The notes under the pieces are model-generated. The model was not told the origin of the DNA, ran no database searches, and worked only from the letters and a program-made list of their open reading frames with translations. Both the position numbers and the translations under genes were made by a program. A DNA stretch of 59,336 bases, the filler included, from Bipalium vagum (taxonomy: Eukaryota), in the NCBI GenBank assembly GCA_037834085.1. It is 3 parts of 3 records of this genome, joined end to end, with 100 filler letters (N's around TTAATTAATTAA, not from the genome) between each part and the next. Parts side by side here need not be neighbours in the genome. Positions count along the whole stretch, not along the records: positions 1 to 24,365 come from JBBMKC010201605.1; positions 24,466 to 40,255 come from JBBMKC010138379.1; 1 more part is not named here. One strand, 5' to 3'. Positions 15,101-25,850 of the stretch are shown one piece after another; the first letter of the stretch is position 1; every line of letters begins with the position of its first letter.

Positions 15101-18100
15101 TTTCAATTTTACTCAGAAGATTCTTCGTCTTTGTCAGGCTATTTTCTCGGGCTTTGGCTTAAGAATTTGACCTCTGCAGAACTTGTATGAATAGTACCGA
15201 AGGACTTCATTTAGTGAAACCTTCATGAGGGATGTTAAAACAATTCACGTAACAAAGTCAGAATTCTGATACCTGGGTTCTTCAACTCTTTCTTCTGCAG
15301 GTCAACCATGAAATCATCCGTCCTAGTCCAATCAGATTGTCTGATGTTACCTTCTTTCTGCCACAGCCTAGTAGTTTCCATTGCACTCTCCAGTTCATGT
15401 CGTATCGTTTTCACAATTGACATGGAGCATTGAGAAGCAATCATAATCTCCTTATTTTGATAACAGGCTTGAATTATCATTATCTTCAGGTTAGTTTTAG
15501 TCAGTTTTTGTTATCACATAAACTGAATTAAAAAAATATTACACTTTTACGGGAAACGTAGTTTATTTAAAAATCTATAAGAAATACTGAAAAACAATTC
15601 TTTTTTATTATGAAAAATTTATAAATATGCATAAGTATGAGTCCGCCTTTTAGAAAAAGAGAGTTACAATTTCGGTTTCTATTAAACAATTATATTGATA
15701 GTATACTTATTTAAAAACTCAAACATTACTGAATGATTAATTACATTTGACTTTGCTTACATTGATGGAAAGAGATATTTAAAAGCGAAACAAAACTTGT
15801 GATGTATTCTTCAGAGAAAGAAAAATGTTTCCTGCTTAGGATTTTTACAGAAGATGAAAAATGGATTCATTATGAGATTCCTAAACGCGAATCATCTTTG
15901 GCGATGACTGAAACCATTAAATTAAAGTCGAATCAGAATGTCCATGTGTCTAAAGTTATGGTGTGAATCTGGTCAATTATTAAAATGTGCTAAAACAATC
16001 AGAAACAGTAACTGGTGAACCTTATCAATGTCAATTAATGCAATTGTACGAGCTCCGATCTGGAAAACAGTAAAATAAGCGGACAGAGTTAATAGACAGA
16101 ATAGATAATTTTCACACATTATAACACTAGACCCCTTGTTCATTCAGTAGTTCAGAATTAATTAAATTGAGACTATAATAATTACTTTTACTTTGACTAT
16201 AACTATTACTATAATTTGACTTCGTTTCTCTTGTTTCGTTTTTGTATTTTTAAAATTATATTGATTAGAACTTAAATAATTTTATTTTGGTTTTCAGTAA
16301 ATAATCTGTTTAAAATTTCCATTTTGATATGGCTTTGATATTTAATAATTAAGTTATTTAAATATACCATAAAATAATACTTTCAGAGTCTATACTCAGC
16401 ATGCAATGGGTTGAACGATGGCGGATCCTGTATTACTGATCCAGTATTCACATCAAATTTAATTAATGTCGATACGAATCAAAATATTATGGGAACTGAA
16501 ATAATTATACGGAAATCAACAATGGTTTTACCATTTGAGAGTCTTAAAAGCTGCCTAAATGGAGGTAGTCTTGTAACTGATCCAAATACCCAGGAAGCTG
16601 TGTAATACGTTTTTATGAAAACCGATTCATTTTATAAATATATTAACAGATGTAACTGTCCAAACACTAATGACTTTATTGAAAGAGGAAGACGATGTCA
16701 AGCTTTACAAATGTCACTTCTTACAACGAAATATCTTTATGTTCTTCCTAATGCTATAAATTTCACAATTGAGCTCTCTGTATATTCCAATGCTCATCAA
16801 GGATTGACTGAGGTCTTTTTGATTAACGATGCTTCTGATTCATTTCTCATGAATTATGTTATTACGGAATATACTCATACCTTTAAACTTTTAAATGAGA
16901 CGGTAGCAATCATTTACCCAATAGATAAGGACAATATATGGCTAAATATTGTTATAAATATTTTCAACAATGTAAGTTTATTATTATTAAAAATTAAGGA
17001 AATTATATTTTGATTTTTATAAGGAATTTATACCTCGTCATGAATATATGTATAAATATCAACTAACTCAGATAAAATGACTTGTGGTAATATTTTAGCC
17101 ATATTTTTCATCTGTATTTTTATATTTCAATTGCAATTTTTATATTTCTGATGATAAGGCCTCGTAAATTTTAAACTTATTAAATTCGCAAATATTAGTG
17201 TGATTCATAAGTAATTTCATTTATTATTTAAAATAATAATAAAACATTATATTTTGTTTCAAAATAAAGGCCATTTGAATCAATAGTTGAATCGGCGAAC
17301 ATTTAAGTTTATTAACTCTTGGGCTTTACTCGGCAAAGCATTCATAATTATTTTCCTGTCTTGTCTCCTTGTGACAACATTGACATTTCCGGTGTGGTCG
17401 CCAGTTAATTCGTTCTTCATAGCAGTATAAAATATAACACGTGAAGGTGAAGTCTTTATTTAAACAAATCAATAATAAATAACATAACTAATAAATTATT
17501 CGATCTAATAACGTTTTTTCCTTTTTACCACTTCGTCTTCTATCTATAATCATGCATCCATCTTTTTATGTATGGATAATACTGAATTTTTATTAGATCT
17601 TGTAAATGCACTGGTTTCCATTAATTTTTTACCATTTTGATAACATTTAATTAATATCTCCTTGTCAAAATTACTTTTTTGTATTTGCTGTGTTCCTTGT
17701 GTGATTTTTCAGTTTGCAGCCTTTTCAATTTGCATATTTGTAAATATAAATCTGGATTTAATTGATGTAATTAAACAAATTGAGTAAATCTATTGAATTT
17801 TAAGTTAAAAATCGGTATATATATATTTTTTATTATTTAACTTTTATTTATTTAGTGTTTTTTATTATACCAATTTTAAAACGTAGTGTCATTGAAAGTA
17901 AAAATCTTGAATTTCAGGCAATTTCGTTTCAAATCAATGAAAAGAAATCTTCCTTACCTTCAAATGTAAAGGTTCTTCCAATAGTTTTGGATACTATTCC
18001 TTTAATAATAAACAGATTGCCTAATGCTAATAATGAATTAGTATGCCTTTCAAACTTAAAAGTAAATTCACGAGTGAGTAAAATTATTTTTTTATAACTG

Positions 18101-21100
18101 TTTTATTTGTTAGCCCTGCAAGTGGGTAAATAAATAGAACAATAAAAACTATTTTTTCCAAAGAAATGTTAAACTAATTTTATTCGATATTATTTCTAAA
18201 TAACTAATGTTATGAATAGAAATTCTTAAGTAAATAATTTTCTTTCTGTACGACTACAATCAATATTGTGGTGCATCCAACAATAAACATTTATTTTTTT
18301 GTGATCATCGCATATTGAAATAAATATTTTGATTTTTATTTAATTTCATGTAAAAGATTATGACTGTCTATTCAATCTTTACTCTTTTCCCAAATAATCT
18401 AAGGATAGAAGCTATCATCTTCGTGATGTGTATGGGGAAAATAAAATTCAACAATTTTTTTTCCTCCTTGATGATATTACCGAAAACTTCATATCATGAT
18501 GCCCATTTATTATTTCTATCTCCAGTCTTTGAGTTTGAGATATATCGATATAAACAGATAGATCATTTAACATGCTTTTGCTCATTATCAATGAGTGTCT
18601 AATTTAATTTATCGAAAAATATTACTTGTTGAGCCCATTGGAAATAAAGCATTTGAAGACCTCACTTAATGCTTCTTTAATAAGGCTACAAATAATAATC
18701 TTACAAATTTACTCAATGAATTTTTCTTGTTATTTAATCAATGAACAACCAAGTTTCGATAAATTGTTCTGTATTTTGATCTTATGATTGTGATATAGCA
18801 AAAACGCTGCTTTGAAAGAAAAAAAATATCAAATCTGCATTATGAATTTTATGAGGGTTTTCCGTGTAAGTCTATTAATATTGAAAATGTGCTTGAAATG
18901 ATTGGTAGAGAGCAATATATAAAATATCGTGAAATTTAAACATCCGTTGGTGTTAGAATGAGAGCAATTGAAATCATTTTCCACGAACTTCTCAGGTTAC
19001 GAAACCTTTGAATTCGTTAGTCTATACTCATATATTTTGACATCTGCAAAAAATAAATCAAAATTAACAAAAAAATGTTCGTTAATACATTGCTGCTTAG
19101 TGAATTGTTTCCTTATTTCTTTGGTTTAAAAGAACATATGGTAAGATTAACTATAGAATCAAAGAACTGTCAATGTTGAATAGCATACACATTTTCTTGC
19201 AAGAATTGATTTCTAAAATTAGAGAGAAGATTCGAAATGAAAAAATTATTGTTCATTATGACAATACCTATTCTCACGCCATTGATGTCGCAGTCAGGGA
19301 AAATATAGAATTAATGACACATAGTCCATATTCATCTGACTTATCACCTTTTCCTATTTTTTGTTTCCAACCATCAATAAAAACCTAGATGGTCGTCTAA
19401 AACAGCTATTGCAAAATTCGAGGTTTATCTATCTGAAGTATATTTGGTTTGGTTTGTATATTTCTGTTTCTCAACAACATTTCTCAACAGCCTACATATT
19501 TTAGTGGTTTGCTATCTAATAATTTTTTCCTAAAATAAAAGTTTTATTGAATATTTATCATTTTAATTATTTGATTAGATATTTTTCAGATATGCACTGT
19601 GAAATCCTATATAAAATAAAATAGCAACATAAATATAATTTTAAAGATATCTCTGATATTATATTAACGGTCCTAAATTAGAACTTACTTTTAGACATCT
19701 TGACAAAAAATTGGCAAATGCCGACTTAATTTTAAGAAACACTTTAAAACTATTTAACTATCTATTAATACCTAAAAAAGTTTTTAAAAATTTCTAAATC
19801 TACTTTTCATTTTACTAGTTGATAGACCTGTACACTCCAAACTACTTCAATTGCAAACCTGAATGCAAGTTTTGTACAGGAAATACAAAATGTGTTTTTC
19901 TTCCCTTCAAAGCAGCTTCTTCAAATTATTGCATTTGTAAAATTGGTTACACAAAAACTGCATCTGGATCTTGTGAACAAGGTAAGAAAAGGAATTTAAG
20001 AATATGGCTTAATATATGTTCAGATGCAAATTCAATAGCACAGATCAGTACTAATAGAGAACAAACGGTACCAAATCCCATTGCAAACTTTGCTTTTACT
20101 GGCATTCAGTTTAAGTTCAGAACGTTGGCCTCAAATGGAAATATAGTTTCTTTTACATTGACAAGACCAGGCGGCTTTATTTTATCAATAGGGGTTAAAA
20201 TTTATTATAAACACAATTAACTTTTTTATAATCTGCCGCTTTTTAAAAAATAATTTTCGTTAAAAAAATAATATTATTTATTTTATTTTTTAAAATTTTT
20301 TTTATTATTGTTATTATTTTTTGTTATCATTGTTATTATCATCATAATTATTTATATCTTTGTTTATCATACATAATTACCTAAGTTATATTGTTAAATG
20401 TCTAAGATTTTTATTATTATTTATATTATTATATGTCGGATCTTCGAAATTTACCAAGATTATCAATAAAAACCAGATTTCTGATATATTTCAAAAACGT
20501 TTATATTTAGGTGAATTAAGAATTAAAAATTAAGAATTTAATAAACGATATTTTCACTTATTAAAATTAATTTTTTGATATATATAACATTTTTCACGAG
20601 CTATAATTCAAAATATACTCAACATCATAAAAGTGAGTGTAGTATATACTTTTATCAATGTGTATCAATTTCAAGTAAATAAATATCAATTGAGGCACAT
20701 TTAAATTGAAAAAAAAACAACTGAGAGTTACCGTATTAGTGTGCAGACATGGCGAAAAAGCTCTGTCTGTAAAAAACATACAAATGTTAGTTCGATAGAT
20801 TTAAAAATGGAAAATTCAAATATGAAGGTCACCGAATATCCAGGTCAATCGAAAAATGTCGAAGTTACAGATTTACAATTATTGTTATATGAAGGCGACG
20901 CACGAACTCATCAAAAACCTGCAGATATATTAAATGTTAGCCAAAATGCAGATATTGATCGATTATTATTACCTAGGCCAGCCGTCATCATCAGTTGCAA
21001 AAGGCAAGATTCGTGGGAAGGCATTACTTTGAATATATACAGTAAATAGAACTCTTGCAACCCAGTCAGACGATCATCAAATGCTTAAGTTAATTGACGC

Positions 21101-21603
21101 ATATAAATTAAGATTTGAGATGGAAAAGTTATTTGTATGCATGATAACACTCTAGCAACTTATACTTATAAGAAATTTAATAAATCACAATAAAATGATA
21201 TTCCTGTTAAACTGTATTAAATGGTTTTTAAATTTTTTTTCTTATTAAAGAGGCCATGGTGTTTTAAAAAAATATTACAAGTGCGTCATTTATAATACAT
21301 TAATAACAATATTGGGTTGGCAATGCACTTAGTAAATTATTTTAAATTTAGTGAAAATTTTTACATAAAAAATTATGTTAATTGTTGTTTAAATCAATCT
21401 CATTTATATCTTTTATTAACAGTTACTTGAAAAGAATGGAAGGTGACAATTTTCATTATTAATTTAGTACTTCATAAAAGGGAAAAAATTTCAAAGATGA
21501 GGAAGTCAAATAGCACCTTAATGATAAAAATCAGAATTTAAAATTTTATTCTTTAACATTTTTCCTTTTATTCAACAATACTCAATTAGTTAAACTCCAA
21601 TCC

Positions 21604-21668
<65 letters not shown>

Positions 21669-23097
21669 TTTCATAAACATAATTCTCTTTATGGTTTTCC
21701 TATCAAATTACAAAAAATAAAATTGATATGGCATAATATCCAGATCTTTTATATGCTTTAGATTAATTTTTTAGATAATAAATGGATATATATTCACGAA
21801 TGTTAAAAACTCAACCAAAACCCAAGACTTGGTTCAAACCCTTTTCCCAGTTTCTAACGGAGATTGGCACTCTGTTTCTCTAAGATTGACATTCTAGTAA
21901 TTGTTCTCCCATTCACTTAATTATCTTTACAGTAGACTTTAAATATATATTATAATATTTATGATAATTTTAATAATGAAATAGTTAAAACATTTTCTTT
22001 AGCCTTTTAGAATTGACAGTTGATGAATACTTCACGATTAAATCAATATTCGATCCCAGCTTCTTTAATTCTCAATTTCCAAGTTTGGAAACAAGTCAAA
22101 TTATTGTTGGCACATTAGTGAACAATCTTCTGCCGTCCAAGAACTTGTCCAGTAAAGCTCTTTACTTTCCAAATATGACAGAAAATTGATTCCTTTCTTC
22201 AAGCTTGCTTTAATACATTGACATTGATTCCGAACGATCTGCAACAAAACGTTCTCAACTTCAACTTGAGTGGCTCATTACAGAAAAGTTGTGAGAGTGG
22301 TCCAGAGTGTAACTCTTTAAATTGCATGGATTTACGAACATGTGACGCAAGGTGGCAAAATAGTTCATGCGTGTTAGAAACTTTTTTTGTAATTGTTTGT
22401 AACTCTCAATTGATATTTTCTGGGCAGATGTATCAATAATTTTACGGATGTCGGTGGTACCTGTGTCTTTTTCAAATGTTTATCCAACCCCTGTCAGAAT
22501 AAAGGAAGTTGCTTTTACGAAGCGGCATTAAATGATTATAAATGCCAATGTTCTGCGTCTTATTCAGGTAGCAATTGTGAAAACCAAATCTCTACGGCTT
22601 CTTTTCTCTGGTGGATAATTCTGTTGATACTTTTAATTATACTAATTATTATAATTGGTAATATTTTTGTTTTTAATGTTTTATTTCTTTTTGAGATTCA
22701 CAAATATATGAAGTAGATAATTTGATAATTTCTATGAGTAATTAAAACACTTCAACTTATCATTTAAACAAAAAATTTGATTTGTTTTGTATATTTAATC
22801 TTTAGTAAGACCCTTTAACGAAGTTAATAATTTAAAAAATTAATTTTTAAAGACTTATAAATTAAGAGATTAAAATAAAATACATAAATGAAGATTTTAT
22901 ATGTAACATAATAATAATATATTATTATTAAAAAATATATGACATCGAAAGAAAATATCTTAATTTAATTTTTTTTGAAAATAATTTCTTTTCAGTAATA
23001 ATTTTGATCTTTTGCTGTCGCAAGAGGAGAGAAAACAAAAATACTGCAGAAATCGACAAAGTCCATGAAAACACAGTTTGTTATAATGATCAGGCGG
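6063..23097 (+). CDS. Divergent type-III classical-cadherin-like protein (SP, degenerate EC-like, NC-like, EGF, LamG, EGF, LamG, EGF, EGF, TM, juxtamembrane), 3'-incomplete. Exons: 6063-6150, 9306-9378, 12277-12416, 13841-14007, 16387-16601, 16650-16971, 17918-18073, 19819-19981, 20024-20193, 21775-21896, 22003-22151, 22204-22372, 22428-22657, 22996-23097
   Basis: Spliced by hand: all 13 introns are GT-AG, phases match and there are no stops (2266 nt = 755 codons + 1 nt). Motifs: NC-end C..GGSCITDPVFTSNLINVDTNQNIMGTEI; EGF CLNGG..CNCP..GRRCQ; LamG1 end VCLSNLKVNSR|LIDL; LamG2 IQFKFRT..NG and VSNGDWHSV; EGF CLSNPCQNKGSC..CQCSASYSGSNCE; TM FLWWIILLILLIILIIIIVIILIFCC followed by RKRR; VHENTVCYNDQA resembling cadherin RENIxxYDDEG. 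Exons 5-14 are strong, exons 1-4 less certain. Confidence 0.82.
7275..8607 (-). mobile_element. Full-length decayed maT (DD37D) transposon in intron 1
   Basis: TA-flanked degenerate TIRs (CCAAGGGCAGCTGAGAAG / CAGGTAGCTGAAAGAC); HTH ORF 8097-8456; IFTDEKIFT; QQ[D>V]xAPAH...STDLDSMD with 37-residue spacing. Confidence 0.85.
10480..11410 (+). mobile_element. Near-full-length decayed mariner in intron 2
   Basis: Remnants WVDEFR, NIVTDYE and ELMTRCVYSSDLS in colinear order. Confidence 0.7.
11610..12130 (+). mobile_element. Mariner C-terminal relic in intron 2
   Basis: HDNVPLTQ...IIDQAPYSPDMGPCDFFLFPKLKLLLRG. Confidence 0.85.
14118..14290 (-). mobile_element. Mariner terminal fragment (TIR plus C-terminus)
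   Basis: TAGGTTGCCCAGTAAGTC TIR-like end; minus strand VERFTAVIEND..YF. Confidence 0.5.
14500..15510 (-). mobile_element. Decayed maT/DD37D-like transposon in intron 4
   Basis: N-terminal HTH ORF 15235-15480; VWFFSDKKN..Q....NNRWL (14921-15106); W..SRDRNPMDYYV remnant near 14700-14750. Confidence 0.75.
15740..16170 (+). mobile_element. Mariner central relic
   Basis: FLLRIFTEDEKWIHYEIPKR...KVMV*IW. Confidence 0.8.
18700..19450 (+). mobile_element. Mariner relic in intron 7
   Basis: ORF 19173-19388 IIVHYDNTYSH...ELMTHSPYSSDLSP. Confidence 0.8.
20620..21180 (+). mobile_element. Mariner relic in intron 9
   Basis: ORF 20741-21049 PGQSKNVEVTDLQLLLYEGDARTHQKPADILNVSQ (mariner HTH2). Confidence 0.75.
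21604..21665. repeat. (TAA)n microsatellite
   Basis: Directly visible. Confidence 0.98.
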
Positions 23098-23249
23098 GTA
23101 TGTAAACTTTTTAAAATAATCATTGATTTAAAAAATAACGAGTTTTTTCAAAAAAACCATGTTTTTTGAAAATAGGATGTTACTGTTAATGATTGAAATT
23201 TAAAATAACAAGTATTTTCTTATTATTAAATTTTTTGACCAAAATAATA

Positions 23250-23760
23250 TTAAGCATCCTGTATTTAACTGCACTCATTTGACTGCCATTGAATTGCTAT
23301 TTATCCTTTGAGACAAATCACTGTATGTTGGACGACTGTCCTCTTTCACTGTTGTAATTAATTGGTCATCATCAAAATTAGATAGCCGACCGATATGTAT
23401 CATGTCCTGAATGTAATATTTTCGAATTACTCATACCAATATTATTCATTATTCTGTTTTCCATACACATTAAACATTTTTGAACCGCTTCTGACATATA
23501 ATAATATCGAATGAAATAAAATTACAATGTGTGGAGGAAATTGTATTTCTGATCAACTTGGCACTGAATTTCATAGCTGTGAAATATAAATAAAATGAAA
23601 TGACATAAAACTACAATACTTTCGTAGAACAGAAAAAGAGCTTTCAAACAAATGTGTTTGGTTTTAAATAAATATGATACATGACATGATATGATAAATA
23701 AATATGATGTGCCCTAAAACGATAAGAAAAACAAAAAAATCTATTACAACTTATTAAAAA
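23250..23760 (-). mobile_element. Mariner 5' relic, related copy at 44080-44500
   Basis: Shared GATCAACTTGG(C/T)ACTGAATTT and GTAGAACAGA..CTTTCAAA; minus-strand N-terminal transposase remnants. Confidence 0.7.
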
Positions 23761-23859
23761 CATCAGTTAATTATTTTTAGTTCTTAGCATAATTTTGGTA
23801 CGATACTTAATGTAATCTTTTATAAAATATAAAGTATGTTAAAAATTAAATAATCTAAT

Positions 23860-24210
23860 CCAAGAACATTCACAATAATAATTCAGTGTGAAAAGCGGTG
23901 ATAAATATAGAAAATTTTTTAGCTTTGCTCTAATGTCAGAAAACACAGAATGTTAGAGTCATCTATGCTTGACAGTCGTTTCTGGATGGCTGTGAAAAGC
24001 TTTAATAAATTTACAGCATTCTTTGAAACTGAAAACGTTGTTCTATGGAATAAATATGGTGACATTTAGTTGCGTCCAATTTTAGCTATAACAATCAGCA
24101 CGTTTTTTACTGAATAATTTAAGCATCAACTTTAATATATTTTATTGACGATGTCTGTCAAATTCTTCAGTCTTGATCTTCAGTAGCAACCTTTTCTTTA
24201 ATATTTACCT
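23860..24210 (-). mobile_element. Tc1-like N-terminal relic
   Basis: Decayed RSR.KNLTD, HTH2 and .RKR. pattern on the minus strand. Confidence 0.45.
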
Positions 24211-24313
24211 TGACAAAATATTTATATCTTAAAATTTATTTTAATTTTAATTTATTGTCCCACTTTTTATTTTATTCCTTCATACATTCATTTTTTTATT
24301 TATTCAAATTATT

Positions 24314-24314
<1 letters not shown>

Positions 24315-24365
<51 letters not shown>
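24315..24365. repeat. (ATA)n microsatellite running into a gap
   Basis: Directly visible. Confidence 0.97.
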
Positions 24366-24465
24366 NNNNNNNNNNNNNNNNNNNNNNNNNNNNNNNNNNN
24401 NNNNNNNNNTTAATTAATTAANNNNNNNNNNNNNNNNNNNNNNNNNNNNNNNNNNNNNNNNNNNN
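24366..24465. other. Artificial 100-nt scaffold join (44 N + TTAATTAATTAA + 44 N)
   Basis: Exact symmetric layout, identical to 40256-40355; the linker has stop codons in all six frames. Confidence 0.93.
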
Positions 24466-24990
24466 CTTATTATCCATTTAACGGATATTGTGTTTGAAAT
24501 ATGATAAATATCTTTGGTATTGTAATAATATGTATAGAATGAATTAAACTTGATTGATACTTCAATTTTTCCTGACATTTCCGTTTAACATTATGAGCTT
24601 TCATAAACTTTTCAATATTGAAATTTACAATTTAATGAGATTTATTATAGGATAACATCAGTTATAATTCCCATTTCCTACTTTTCAATTAAATTATCAG
24701 TGGTCCAACTGAGGTCGTGTATATCGTTCAATGTTCATTTAATATCTCATTCAAATCAAACTTAACAATCAATATATAATATATATCAAGTATAGGCCAT
24801 ATTTATTATATTATATTATATTATATTATTTTATTATATTATTTTTCATTTCATATAATAATAATGTCAGTAAAATATGATATGAATATTAGAATTATTC
24901 ATTATTATATAATACTATATTCATTATAAAGAAGTGCATGACCTAAGAGAAGACAATCAATAATGAAAAAAAATTGAAATAAGTTTTTAG

Positions 24991-25068
24991 GGAGAAACAT
25001 TTCATGAATTAATTTGGTCACCAAATTTCAATCAGAAAGGGAAATATTTACGTCCAGAACGGGATTAA
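24991..25068 (+). CDS. Candidate terminal exon of the cadherin-like gene (GETFHELIWSPNFNQKGKYLRPERD*)
   Basis: TTTTTAG acceptor; WSPNF..KG.Y loosely resembles the cadherin C-terminal WGPRFxKLAxxY motif. It lies beyond an artificial join and the intervening exons are not seen. Confidence 0.35.
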   Translation, partial: GETFHELIWSPNFNQKGKYLRPERD

Positions 25069-25329
25069 TTAAATATAGCTGAAATGATTTTCTTCTTGTC
25101 AAAATTGATGTGATGATTGTAAATGGTAATAATTAATTATTGTTATTATTAATTATTTAAGAATTATTAAATGATTATGATTTTTTAGACTTTTATAGGA
25201 TGTTAATAGGTATTGTGATGATGAGGAATAAAATAATGGACCTGCAAAAAATGATGGTAAACAACATTTTTTGAAATAAAATTAGTGGCTCTATTGTTGT
25301 TATTTTTCAGATATAAAGTGGTTTATTTG

Positions 25330-25850
25330 ATAGGTACATTTTAGACTTTTGAACAATTTTTAATATTTTAGGACATAAAAGTTATATTAAAATCAGTGGT
25401 ACCAGACAGTTTACAAATTCCAAAAAATATAGCTCATAACTTTCTAATCATAAGTATTGAGCTTTATGGTAGACAGTGATGTCTGTAGAGTACTAAGTCA
25501 TATTTGTAGGCAATTAATCCAGTTTCATCGCCTGTCTCAATTTTCCACCAAACCTTTCTTCCCTATCTCACAAGTAAGATGTGAGGTAGGTATTAATTAT
25601 TTGTTGTTTTATTGTTGGAATTTTCGATCTCAATTCTAAAATCAGTGAATGTCGTTTAGCCTTTGTGGATGAAATGGATTTCAAGGACTGAGAACTAAAA
25701 TGGATACATCGATCATTGGAGAACCTGCAGTACAATTTGTTCTGGTTATGAGAATGCATAAAAGTTCTGAAAACTCTATAAATTGTTTTAAACAATATGT
25801 ATGGCTTTATAATAAATAACAAGCAAAACAAATTTTGATCCTGGTAAATT
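25330..25850 (+). mobile_element. IS630/Tc1-like transposase relic
   Basis: HTH2-like VLSFMVDSDVCRVLSHICRQL; first catalytic motif LAFVDEMDF; then RTK...SIIGEPAV. Confidence 0.5.

Noticed and set aside
17856-17917. 5' part of ORF 17855-18097 as exon sequence
   Set aside because: The acceptor at 17856 is phase 1 and incompatible with exon 6 (phase 0). The CAG at 17915-17917 gives the correct phase and a proper LamG strand (NN|AISFQINE).
19819-23097. CELSR, Fat, neurexin or crumbs assignment for the EGF-LamG gene
   Set aside because: There is a single TM directly after the last EGF with no HormR/GAIN/7TM, and the NC-like segment and RENI..YDDE-like juxtamembrane motif favour a classical cadherin.
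24410-24421. TTAATTAATTAA palindrome as a biological site
   Set aside because: Centred in identical 100-nt N gaps twice; assembly linker.
25199-25480. Apparent cadherin-tail pseudo-exons (DVNRYCDDEE*, DIKWFI**, VVPDSLQI) and the idea of stop-codon recoding
   Set aside because: Needs three in-frame stops, lies after the candidate terminal exon, and overlaps the HTH region of an IS630/Tc1-like relic. The 14 modelled exons need no recoding.
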